Below, piece by piece: positions 26,532 to 38,332 of a stretch of 64,000 nt of DNA. The DNA comes from Prorocentrum cordatum (Eukaryota). Both the position numbers and the translations under genes were made by a program. The notes beneath the pieces are model-generated. The model was given only the letters and a program-made list of their open reading frames with translations, ran no database searches and had not been told where the DNA came from. The stretch is taken from NCBI GenBank assembly GCA_963575745.1, contig CAUYUJ010000124.1:1-64000 (forward strand), written 5' to 3'. The first letter of the stretch is position 1; each line of letters begins with the position of its first letter.

Positions 26532-27290
26532 CATTTAAGACTGGGGACACTCCGTTCTCACCAGTGCCAGGGTTTTCATAGGAGGCGGGCAATACCCCCA
26601 CTTTGTGGGGGGGCCGGTTCAAGCTCTACCAAATTTCCAAACGACTCTTCGCCACCACCCACACCCAGCTTCCCGCCCTATGACGTTCGGACACTTCACT
26701 TCGTGGCATGCGGACGACCGTGGCTACTATTCAGGGCCCCGCGGCCGACGACGACGGCGTGCGCGCGCGAAGAAAAAACGAATGTGTCCCGCATGGTATT
26801 ATTTGACAGGGATGATGGCCCTGGCAGGTGCGCAACCGTTGTCGCAGAAGTTCGAAAAAGTTGCTCGCAAAAGCCCGTTTGACAGAAATGTTTAAAAAGT
26901 GTTGGGTTTCCTACGAATCCGCAAGAGCGCGCGGGATGAGATTTTGACATTTTTTTGTTGAAAAACCATTGGTTTTTTGATGTTTTTATGTTAAAATCGC
27001 TCCGAACACTAAGCTTTTGGAAGGATTTCGTCTTGCGCGCGCGAATGTCCACTTTACCTTATTTTTTGCAAGGGATTCTTGAAATTTGATTATATTAGAA
27101 CAAGAAATGTCATTTTATAGTGTTTTTTGCAAGGGAAAGCGGATTACAACAAAACAACCGGATCTGATCACATCGTTTTACCTGAGGCTTCCTCACGAAA
27201 ATGATGAAAATGTAGCTGCGGCCTAGGCGCGGCGAGGGGGGCGTGCACCAGGGGGCCCAACAATAATTATTCTTTAGAATAAATAATGTT
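26531..27290 (+). mobile_element. Type-A cassette (760 bp), near-identical to 44321-45080 and 45495-46268
   Basis: Head gttctcaccagtgccagggttttcat...ccgtggctac, body gcgcgcgaagaaaaaacgaatgtgtcccgcatgg..., tail caacaataattattctttagaataaataatgtt. Confidence 0.9.
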
Positions 27291-27291
27291 C

Positions 27292-27339
<48 letters not shown>

Positions 27340-27351
27340 AACAACAACGCC

Positions 27352-27392
<41 letters not shown>

Positions 27393-28820
27393 AAACAACA
27401 ACACCAACAACAACAACAACAACAACAACACCAACACCAACAACAACAACAACAATCATTTTACCTTCATGCTCGATGTTTCCACACGAAGCATGCGACC
27501 ATCATGATAACCATCCACATCATGGGGGACTCTTGTTCTATAGCGGGGTCCGTCGTTATTCCCATTCCCAGATCTCCCGCCCAATGAGGTCGTGCAAACA
27601 CCTCCTCCGAGGAATTTCAACAGATCCCGCCTCGAAAACACATGCCCACGCCTTGCTGCGCGGATCCGAGACCGCCAGTGGAACCCCGGCGAAGGGTAAA
27701 GCACAAGGAAGTATCGAACGAAAGGATTGCCTTGGTGGGGATGGGGGCTGTCGGCGGTGAGGCAAGGACCTGGCCCTGAATAGAAAGGGAGGCAGTCTCG
27801 AGCAGGGCTGCTGTTGTTGCTGGGAGCGGCGCCAATGCTGAAGAGAGTAGGGCGCTAGTCCAGCGTAAAACAAAACGAAGTCTCGAGCGGGAGCGCTGGT
27901 TTTGTTAGGACGGCGGTTTTCGGCGGAAAGCAAGACAACCAGCCCTGAGTAAAGAGGAGGAAATCTCGAACGCGAGCGTTGTTGATGTTGGGGGGCTGGT
28001 TTGGGCGGTCCCCAAAACCGCTCGAACGTGAGCCTCATTTTCAATGAACATGTAGCCATGCCTCGGCGAGAGCGCCAGGGCGCCTGTAAGGGGTCCAACA
28101 ATCATAACTGTTGTTTAGTCATTAACATCCAATAACAACAACAACAACAACAACAACAAGAACAACAACAACAACAACAGCAACAACAACAACAACAACG
28201 ACGACGACGACGACGACGACAACAACGAAGAATATCAACCACAATAACAGCAACAAAACGAACACAACAACAACAGCAACAACAACAACAATCACTTTAC
28301 CCGAACGCTCAGTGTTCTCACCAGTGCCAGGGTTTTCATGCGACGCCAGCCAATACCCCCACTTTGTGGGGGGGCAGTGCAAGCTCTACCAAATATCCAC
28401 ACGACTCTTCGCCACCACCCACACCCAGCTTCCCGCCCTATGACGTTCGGACACTTCACTTCGTGGCCTGCGGACGACCGTGGCTACTACACTGGCGTGG
28501 AGTACACACCCACAGAAGTTGTTAAGCCTACGTTCGTACACCCACAGAAGTTGTTAAGCCTTGTTAACCCACAGAAGTTGTTAAGCCTTCCACAGAACAT
28601 CTGTTGCATATGATGCATATGGTACATGATACACATGATACACATGATACGTACTCACAAGATCGTTGATCACATCTTTAGGGCAAATTCCTGAGGGATG
28701 TGGGAATACACAAGAGAGAGAGGATATGGTTGTCCCGATGGTTGTCTCGATGGTTGTCCCGATGCTCGTCAAGGGCTTTCGCCGTCAAAGCCATGGACCA
28801 TCCAAGAACACAGGCGATAC

Positions 28821-28842
28821 CTTGATCCGAGATGGCTACGGA
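28821..28842 (-). other. Dinoflagellate spliced-leader (DinoSL) relic
   Basis: The minus strand reads TCCGTAGCCATCTCGGATCAAG versus DinoSL DCCGTAGCCATTTTGGCTCAAG: 19/22 identical, ungapped and full length. Confidence 0.7.
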
Positions 28843-29031
28843 TGTGCCAGTGATCAGTCGGAGGCTTCCTGGGGCCGCTTGGGGTCCTCTTGGGGAAGGG
28901 GGGAAGCCTCCTGGCGCCGCTTGGGGTCCTCTTGAGGGGCTTTGGGGGGCTTCTTGGAAGCATCTTGGGGCCTCTTGGGGGCTTATTGGGTCCTCACGGC
29001 GGGCTCTTGGGGCCTCTTGAAGGCCTCCTGG

Positions 29032-29209
29032 GGCAACCTATGGCGCAACCAGTAGGGGGACGTTTTATTCTCGGCGGCCGAGGGCGCAACCTATGGCGCA
29101 ACCAATAGGGGGACGTTTTATTCTCGGCGGCCGAGGGCGCAACCTATGGCGCAACCAATAGGGGGACGTTTTATTCTCGGCGGCCGAGGGCGCAACCTAT
29201 GGCGCAACC
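29032..29209 (+). repeat. 53-bp tandem repeat, 3.3 copies, almost perfect
   Basis: tatggcgcaacc recurs at 29039, 29092, 29145 and 29198. Confidence 0.95.
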
Positions 29210-30806
29210 GCAAGGGATTGTGGCCCCTGGCAGGCGCGCGAACCCCGTTGCAAGAGCGTGCGAAAGTAGCTCGCGCGAGCTCATGTAACATAAATGTTGG
29301 AAAACCATTGGTTTTTTTAGGATTCGGACAGCGCGCGCGGGTAGAAATTTTGAAAAGTCGTGCAGGTGTTTTTCGAGGACCTACGGTGCGATTCGTGTGA
29401 TTTTATGATGCGCGGTGCTAAAATTCTTAAGAAGCCCAATGGTTTTTGGAGATTTCGGCGTGCGCGCGCGAAGAAAAAACGAATGTGTCCCGCATGGTAT
29501 TATTTGACAGGGATGATGGCCCTGGCAGGTGCGCAACCGTTGTCGCAGAAGTTCGAAAAAGTTGCTCGCAAAAGCCCGTTTGACAGAAATGTTTAAAAAG
29601 TGTTGGGTTTCCTACGAATCCGCAAGAGCGCGCGGGATGAGATTTTGACATTTTTTTGTTGAAAAACCATTGGTTTTTTGATGTTTTTATGTTAAAATCG
29701 CTCCGAACACTAAGCTTTTGGAAGGATTTCGTCTTGCGCGCGCGAATGTCCACTTTACCTTATTTTTTGCAAGGGATTCTTGAAATTTGATTATATTAGA
29801 ACAAGAAATGTCATTTTCTATTGTTTTTTGCAAGGGAAAGCGGATTACAACAAAACAACCGGATCCTGTACACACCCTCTTTTCTGAGGCTTCCTCACGA
29901 AAATGATGAAAATGTAGCTGCGGCCTAGGCGGCGCAGGGGGGGCGCGCACCAGGGGGCCCAACAATAATTATTCTTTAGAATAAATAATGTTCAACAGCA
30001 GCAGCATCAACAACAATGACAAAGACAACGACAACGATAACAACAACCACAACCACAACAACCAACAAATATTATGTTAATACTGTTCGCTCTTATCTGC
30101 TCGCGTGACATTCAACACGTATACCCCAAACTCTCGATACGCGCCCTCTTCGTCTTCGATCGTACCCCCTTGGGGTATATCTTTCTTACTTGCAACGCGT
30201 ATCTCGTGCAGCCCCAGAGGCAGGGGAAGAGAGGACTGATGGAAAGAAGGGACAAGGGGGAGGGAGGCCGATGGAGCACGAATGACAGTAGCAGGAGGGG
30301 GCCAGGAGCAGAAAACACGTGGCAGAACCAGACGGGCAGATCGGGCGGGTAGACCCTACCAGGCGGTCGGGAAGGAGGGCCCAGGCGGCCAGGTGGAGCA
30401 GGCGGGTTGCTGAGGCGTGCGTCCTGCATGAATCGCGAGGACGTATCGAGCGATAGAAGCATTCCACAGGAAATCGCGAGGACATCCACACCGAGAGCTT
30501 GATTCTTGCGTGTCAAGGACGCGACGTCTGAATAAATCGTAAGGAAATCCGACGCGAGAGCGCTATTCCTGTATAAATTGCGAGGTCGTCCCGCGCGAGG
30601 GCGCGATTTGGGGATAAATTGTGAGGAAATATCAGGCGGGAGCCGTGGTTTTTGTTATAGCTTGGGCCGAACATATCAATTTGGCGACCCTTCGCTTCCT
30701 GGGAGAAGCACTGTTAGGGAAGAATACAATGGTTAACAGACGGGGGATCAACAAGAACTATTTGCTACAAATGAGAGTTCAACCAGATCAACATCAACAA
30801 CATCAA

Positions 30807-32383
30807 TCATTTCAAGACTGTTCGCCCTTATCTGCTCGAGTGTCGAATAACGCGAATTTCCCAAACCCTCGATACCCGCCCTCCTCGTTTTCGATCGAAC
30901 TCCTTCTGGGCGGTATACCTTTCTTCCCTGCAGGCCGGGCCCCGGCAAGCGGCGGGGCGGCCGCGGACCGTCGGCCTGGCCAGCGGTAGCGCTGATCGGC
31001 GGGGCGGCCGCGGACCGTCGACCCGACCCCAAGAGGGACGGACAGGGGACCGACCACGACGACGACGACGACGACGTCGACGACGACGTCGACGACGACG
31101 GCGACGGCGACGACGACGACGAGCGAAAGCGAGAGCGAGAGAGAACGACAGCAGAGCCACGAAGGACACGAAGTAGGCCACGAAGGGCGACAGCGGGGAC
31201 ACGAAGGGAATGCGTATGGGGCCACGAAGAGCGCGAACGAGCGTGGGCCACGAAGGGCAGAGAATGCGGGACCACAGAAGGCAACGATGGGGCCACTGAC
31301 GGTAGCACCTGGGCCACGTAGGACAATGAGGGGGCTACAAGCGGCGACAGCGGGGCCACGGAGGGCATGCACATGGGGCCACAACGGGCGCGAACGAGCG
31401 GGGGCCACGAAGGGCATACGTATGTTGGACCGCGGAGGGAACGGAAGGGGCCACTGAGGGCAGCAACGGGGACACGAAGAGCAGCGAGGGGGCCACGAAG
31501 GGCTGCAACGGGGCCACGAAGGGCATGCATATGGGGCCACCACGGCCGCGAACGACAGCAGGACCACGAAGGTTATACAAATATGGGGCCACGAAACAAA
31601 GCGAGGTGGCCACGAAGGGCTGCAACGGGGCCACGAAGGGCAGCGAGGGGGCAACGAAGGGCTGCAACGGGGCCACGAAGGGCTGCAACGGGGCCACGAA
31701 GGGCAGCGAGGGGGCCACGAAGGGCTGCAACGGGGCCACGAAACAAAGCGAGGGGACCACGAAGGGCTGCAACGGGGCCACGAAGGGCATCGAGGAGGCC
31801 ACGCGGGGCTGCAACGGGGCTACGAAACACAGCGAGGGGGCCACGAGGGGCTGCAACGGGGCCACGAAACAAAGCGAGGGGGCCACGAAGGGCTGCAACG
31901 GGGCCACGAAGGGCAGCAAGATCCCGATTCGTAGGTAATCTGTGAAGGAGTCCTAGGCGTGAGCGCGACTCCTGGGTGCCTGGGTGTCGGGAGCGCGGCG
32001 CTTGGGCAAATTGCAAAAAAATCCAACGCAAGGGCGCTATTCTTCAGTAAATTGCAAGCAAGTCTCCAGCGAGAGCGCGACTCCAGAGCGCAGGAGGAGC
32101 GATTCCTGAATAAATCGTGAGGAAGTCCCAAGCGAGAGCGAGATTCTTGAATAAAATGCAAGGAAGTCTCCGGCGGAAGCGGGGGTCCGGGCTAAATTGT
32201 AAGGAAGTCTCAGGCGGGAGCCGTTGTTGTTGTAACCTGGGGGCCAGGGGGCCAGTTTGAGCAGGAAGATGTGTTTTGACAAAAAACAAAAGCGCGAGCC
32301 TCGGGGGGGGCACTTCAATTGAAAAAATAAATGTGCACCGGCGGAGGGGGGTCAATAATAATTAGTCTTCAAGAATGAGAGTT
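30807..32383 (+). mobile_element. Type-B cassette (~1.6 kb); homologues at 33448-34438, 38868-40413 and 41200-42805
   Basis: Head ttcaagactgttcgcccttatctgctcg...ttcgatcgaac, a (GAC)n patch, a 21-bp minisatellite, 41-bp repeats, and tail caataataattagtcttcaagaatgagagtt. Confidence 0.9.
31150..31920 (+). repeat. 21-bp minisatellite GGGGCCACGAAGGGC + 6 variable nt
   Basis: Also at 33790-34020, 35850-36790, 39200-39960, 41580-42340 and (degenerate) 47790-48240. Confidence 0.9.
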
Positions 32384-32384
32384 C

Positions 32385-32428
<44 letters not shown>

Positions 32429-32839
32429 CTACTACTACTACTACTACTACTACTACAACAACAACAACAACAACAACAACAACCATTTTAAGGCTGTACG
32501 CTCTTACTTGCCCGCGAATCACTCAACACGTATACCCTACACCCTCGAAGCCCGCCCTCTTCGTCTTCGATCACACCCCTTTCGGGGGGATTATTTCTCT
32601 TTGCTGGGGCCGGCGGGCTTAGACGTACGGGCAAACCGGAACGGGCGGACAATCCTTCGGGGGCGTACATCTCTCTGCCCGCCATTGGAATTGGCGCGGG
32701 CCCTGCAAGAGGAGGAGGGGAAAAACGAGGGAGAGTGGGAGGAAGGGGAGGGGGAAGGACGAAGGAAGAGGGAAGATACCACGTTGTGAAGGCGTCCTTG
32801 GCGCGCGCGTGGTTCCTGAGCGCCGAAACGCAATTCCAG

Positions 32840-33290
32840 AATAATTTGTGAGGACGTCGCACGCGAGAGCGCAGTCCTGAGTACATTGTGAGGAAATCTC
32901 GGGCGGGAGCGGGGGCCCTGACTAAGTTGCGAGGAAGTCTCAAGCGGGAGCGCCGTTCCTGAGCAAATTGCACGGAAGTCTCAGGCGGGAGCGGGGGTCC
33001 TCACTAAATTGCGAGGAAGTCTCAGGCGGGAGCGCCGTTCCTGAGTCAATTGCGTGGAAATGTCAAGCAGGAGCGGGGGTCCTGAGTAAAATTCGAAGAA
33101 ATCTCAAGCGGGAGCGCCGTTCCCACGTAAATTGCACGGAAGTCTCAGGCGGGAGCGGGGGTCTTGATTACATTGCGAGGAAGTCTGAAATGGGAGCGCC
33201 TTTCCTGAGTAAATTGCGCGGAAGTCTCCGGCGGAAGCGGGGGTCCTGAGTAAAAACCGAGGAAGTCTCAAGCGGGAGCCATTGTTGTTG
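32840..33290 (+). repeat. 41-bp tandem repeat with alternating (82-bp) higher order
   Basis: taaattgcgaggaagtctca(a/g)gcgggagc followed alternately by gccgttcctga or gggggtcct. Units start at 32964, 33005, 33046, 33087 and so on. Confidence 0.9.
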
Positions 33291-34854
33291 TAGCCCGGGG
33301 GGCAGGGGCACAGTTTGAGCAGGAAGACTTTCCTTGAGAAAAAACAAGGTGCGAGCCCCGGGGGTGGCACTTCAATCGAAAAAAATCAATGTGCACCGGT
33401 GGGGGGGGATCAACAATAATTATTCTTCAAGAATGAAAGTTCAACAAAATTTCAAACTGCTCGCCCTTCAATGCTCGGGTGCCCAATAAAGCGTATTTCA
33501 CAAACCCTCGATAACCGCCCTCCTCGTCCTCGTCTTCGATCGAACCCCTTTGGGGGGAATACCTTTTTTCCCTGCAAGCCGGGCCCCGGCAAGCGGCGGG
33601 GCGGCCGCGGACCGTCGGCCTGGCCAGCGGCAGCGCTGATCGGCGGGGCGGCCGCGGACCGTCGACCCGACCCCAAGAGGGACGGGTAGGGGACCGACCA
33701 CGACAACGACGACGACGACGACGTCGAAGACGACGGCGACGACGACGACGGCGACGACGAGCGAAAGCGAGAGCGAGAGAGAACGACAGCAGGGCCACGA
33801 AGGGCACGAAGTAGGCCACGAAGGGCGACAGCGGGGACACGAAGGGAATGCGTATGGGGCCACGAAGAGCGCGAACGAGCGGGGGCCACGAAGGGCAGAT
33901 AATGCGGGGCCGCAGAAGGCAACTATGGGGCCACTGACGGTGGCAACTGGGCCACGTAGGACAGTGAGGGGGACACAAATGGCAACAGCGGGGCCACGAA
34001 GGGCATGCACATGGGGCCACAACGGGCGCGACTCCTGGGCGCCTGGGTGTCGGGAGCGCGGCGCTTGGGCAAATTGCAAGAAATTGCAACGCAACGCTTC
34101 TTCAGTAAGTTGCAAGCAAATCTCCAGCGAGAGCACAATTGCAGAGCGCCGGGAGAACGATTCCTGAATCAATTGTAAGGAAGTCCCAAGCGAGAGCGCG
34201 ATTCCTGAATAAAATGCGAGGACGTCTCGGGCGGGAGCGGGGGGTTTGGCTAAATTGTAAGGCAGTCCCAAGCGGGAGCCGTTGTTGTTGTAACCCGGGG
34301 GCCAGGGGTCCAGTTTGAGCATCAAGATTTTCCTTGTCAAAAAACAGGATGCGAGCGTCGAGGGGCACACTTTGATTGAGAAAAACAGTATGCACCGGTG
34401 GGGGGATCAACAATACTTATTCTTCAGAAATGAGAATTCAACAACACCAAAATCAACAACAACAATAATAAAAATAATAATAATAATAACAATAATAATA
34501 ATAATTCCAAGGTTGTTCGCTCCTACCGGCCCGCATGTCATTCACGATGCATACCCCAAACCCTGGATACCCGCCCTCCTCGTCTTCGATCGTACCCCCT
34601 TTGGGGGAGTTGCATTCCTTCCCGGCCACGCGTAATTGGAGAAGCCTCTAAACAGGGAAACGAAAGGGAAAAAAACAAAAAGAGAGGACGAAAGGGATCG
34701 GAGGAAGGGAGGGATTAGAGGGGCCAGAGGGAGGGACAACGTTGATTTGCGCCGCGAGTTGCGATTCAGCTTGCGCGACGTCTTGCGCCAGCCATTCCAA
34801 TACAGGTTAACAAAGGCTTCGCCAGGGGTCGCGCCATAAATAGCGCCATGTAAT

Positions 34855-35430
34855 ACCTCTGGTGCTGCTCGGCGAGGTGTTGAAGGCGAATATGGTGCCT
34901 GATTCCATCTCCTCAAGCACTGCAGGGCCAGGGTGGGTGAGAGGAACCAGCAGACGCCGCGGGCTTTGTTGCTGCTGCACGACATGCGGCATTCACGGCG
35001 AGCGGGGAAACCGCATTGTGGCAGCTGGCTCTGGCGCTGCTCAGCGAGAAGTGGGACGCGAAACAGCAATCAGAGGCAGCGAGCTCTGGCACTTGTCCGT
35101 GGGGCGCGGCAATCGACACTGGGACCCCACTACATCAGCTATAGCGCGGTGGTCACCACGAACAGGATAACGACCTCTGGCAATGGCCAGCGTTGTTGCC
35201 CAGCGGCCCCGCGAGAGGTGAAGTGGGAGCCCGATTTCATGAATCCCAGCGCTGGGAAAGGAACGTGCGGGAATCTTATGAGCTAGATACTGTAGCGGGG
35301 CACCATTACCACAACGCTGGGATCTGCGCGCGCGAGAAGGTCAAGCCGCAGCAGCAGGCACTGGCGACGCTGCTCATCGTGAAATGGGAGGCAACGCTCA
35401 TGGAGACATGGGAAGTGAACTGGAGCCCGC
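34855..35430 (+). pseudogene. Decayed pentatricopeptide-repeat (PPR) coding fragment
   Basis: Frameshifted motifs LLGEVLKANMVPDSISSS, RALLLLHDMR, WQLALALLSEKWDAK, QRALALVRGARQSTLGPHYISYSAVV, REVKWEPDFMNPSAG and HNAGICAREK..QQALA fit P-type PPR motifs (..QWQ.AL.LL.EM....PD.ISY.A.ISACEK). Confidence 0.7.
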
Positions 35431-37106
35431 CGTCTCCAGCCACAACGTTGGGGCCAGAGGTCCGGCACTGTTCGGGAAAACATTGGAGACGATACCCAAG
35501 CCAAACGTGAATAAAACGGGGGTAAATGTCACGCGGGAGCGGGGGAATAAATTGTGAGGAAGTCTCAGGCGGGAGCGGGGGTCCTGAGTAAAATTTAAAG
35601 AAATCTCAAGCGGGAGCCGTTGGTGTTGCAGCCCGGGGAAACCAATGCAATTTGACAAAGACTAAATTGCGAGGAAGTCTCAAGCGGGAGCGCCGTTCCC
35701 GAGCAAACTGGGAGAAAGTCTCAGAAGGGAGGGGGGGGTCCTCAGTAAATTTGAAGGCAGTCTCAGGCGGGAGCCGTTCTTGTTGTAGTCCAGGGGGCCA
35801 GGGGCGGCGACGACGACGACGAGCGAAAGCGAGAGCGAACGAGAACGACAGCAGGGCCACAAGGACACGAGGTAGGCCACGGAGGGCGACAGCGGGGACA
35901 CGAAGGGAATGCGTATGGGACCACGAAGAACGTGAACGAGCGGGGGCCACGAAGGGCATACGTATACTGGGCCGCGGAGGGCAAGGACGGGGCCACTGAG
36001 GGCAGCAACGGGGCCACGAAGGGCAGCGAGGGGGCCACGAAGGGCGACAGCGGGGCCACGAAGGGCAGGAAGGGGGCCACGAAGGGCGACAACGGGGCCA
36101 CGAAAGGCATGCGCATGGGGCCACGACGGGCGCGAACGATCGGGGGCGACGAAAGGCAGGTCAGGCGGGGCCACAGAAGGCAACGACGGGGCCACTGAAG
36201 GTAACAACTGGGCCACGTAGGACAATGAAGGGGCCACAAACGGCGACAGCGGGGCCACGAAGGGCACGCACATGGGACCACAACGGGCGCGAACGAACGG
36301 GGACCACGAAAGGCATACGTATACTGGGCCGCGGAGGGCAAGGACGGGGCCACTGAGGGCAGCAACGGGGCCACGAAGGGCAGCGAGGGGGCCACGAAGG
36401 GCGACAGCGGGGCCACGAAAGGCGTGCATATGGGGCCACCACGGGCGCGAACGAGCGGTGGCCACGAGGGGCATACATATATGGGGCCACGAAAAGCAGC
36501 GAGGGGGCCACGAAGGGCAGCGAGGGGGCCGCGAAGGGCTGCAACGGGGCCACGAAAGGCTGCGACGGGGCCGCGAAGGGCAGCGAGGGGGCCACGAAGG
36601 GCTACAACAGGGCCACGAAACAAAGCGAGGGGGCCACGAGGGGCTGCAACGGGGCCACGAAGAGCAGCGAGGAGGCCACGAGGGGCTGCAACGGGGCCGC
36701 GAAGGGCAGCGAGGGGGCCACGAAGGACTGCAACGGGGCCACGAAACAAAGCGAGGGGGCCACGAAGGGCTGCAACGGGGCCACGAAGGGCAGCGACATC
36801 CCGTTTCTTAGAGAATATGTGAGGGAGGCCTAAACGTGAGCGCGACCCCTTGGTGCCTGGGTGTCGGGAGCGCGGCGCTTGAATAAATAGCAAGAATTTC
36901 CACCGCAAGGACGCTATTCTTCAGTAAACTGCAAGCAAGTCTCCAAAGAGAGCGCGACTCCAGAGCGTCGGGAGAGCGATTCCCGAATAAATTGCAAGGA
37001 AATCCCAAGCGAAAGCGCGACTCCTGAATAAAATCCAAGGAAGTCTCGGGCGGGAGCGGGGGTCCTGGCTAAATTGTGAGGAAGTCTCAAGCGGGAGCCG
37101 TTGTTG

Positions 37107-38332
37107 AACATTATTACTTCTAAAGAATAATTATTGTTGGGACCCCTGGTACACGACCCCCCTCCAAAACCTAGGCCGCAGCTACATTTTCATCATTTTT
37201 TCGCGAAAGCTTCAGAAAAGTGGATTAGTACCGGATCCGGTTGTTTTGTTCCCCCCCGTTTTCCCTTGCAAAAAACACTATAAAATGAAATTTCTTGTTC
37301 AAATGTAATCCAATTTCAAGAATCCCTTGCAAAAAATAAGCTAAAGTGGACATTCGCGCGTGCAAGACGAAATCCTTCCAAAACCTTAGGTTTCGGAACG
37401 ATTTCAACATAAAAACATCAAAAACCCAATGGTTTTTTAAATAAAAAATTGTCAAAATCTCATCCCGCGCGCTCTTGCGGATTCGTAGGAAAACCATCAC
37501 TTTTTAAACAATTTTGTCAAACGGGCTTTTGCGAGCAACTTTTTCAAACTTCTGCGACAACGGTTGCGCACCTGCCAGGGCCATCATCCCTGTCAAATAA
37601 TACCATGCGGGACACATTCGTTTTTTCTTCGCGCGCGCACGCCGAAATCTACAAAAACCATTGGGTTTTTAAGAATTTTACCACCGCGCATCATAAAATC
37701 ACACGAATCGCACCGTAGGTTCTCGAAAAACAGCTGCACGACTTTTCAAAATTTCCTTCTCTATGTCTCTCGCTCTTTCTCTGCTTCATATCTATCATAT
37801 GAACACATCTATCTCGCTCTTTCTCTGCTTCATCGCCTTCCCAGGAAATTGCCCCAAAAATGTGACCAACTATCTTGGCAGTGCGTACCATCTCACGTGT
37901 ACCGTGTACCACATCTTCTCAGGTTGCCTCACACATGTGACGAATCTCTTTCTATCTCTCTCTCCTCTGGCTCTCTGTCTTGCTCTCTCTCTCTCTCTCT
38001 CTGTCTCTCTGTCTTGCTCTCTCTCTCTCTCTGTCTTGCTCTCTCTATGTCATGCGCAACGAATGCACGATGCGGGGCACATGCGGGGCCCAAACAAGTG
38101 ATCAACCTCTGCGGGTGTGTACTCCACGCCAGTGTAGTATCCACGATCGTCCGCGCGCCACGAAGTGAAGTGTCCTGACGTCATAGGGCGGGAAGCTGGG
38201 TGTGGGTGGTTCCCTAGAGTCGTGTGGATGTTTGGTAGAGCTTGCATTGCCCCCCCACGAAGTGGGGGTATTGGCTGGCGTCGCATGAAAACCCTGGCAC
38301 TGGGGAGAACACTGAGCGTTCGGGTAAAATGA
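37107..38332 (-). mobile_element. Inverted type-A cassette nested inside cassette 34503-38498
   Basis: The reverse complement of the type-A tail lies at 37107 and of the type-A head at 38100-38332. The host motif gggagccgttgttg|...|ttgt-acgccgggggcc is split around it. Confidence 0.9.

Noticed and set aside
26540..26730. HDV-like or hammerhead ribozyme, or tRNA-derived head, in cassette ends
   Set aside because: I could not build the nested pseudoknot, CUGA-GA/GAAA core or A/B boxes by eye.
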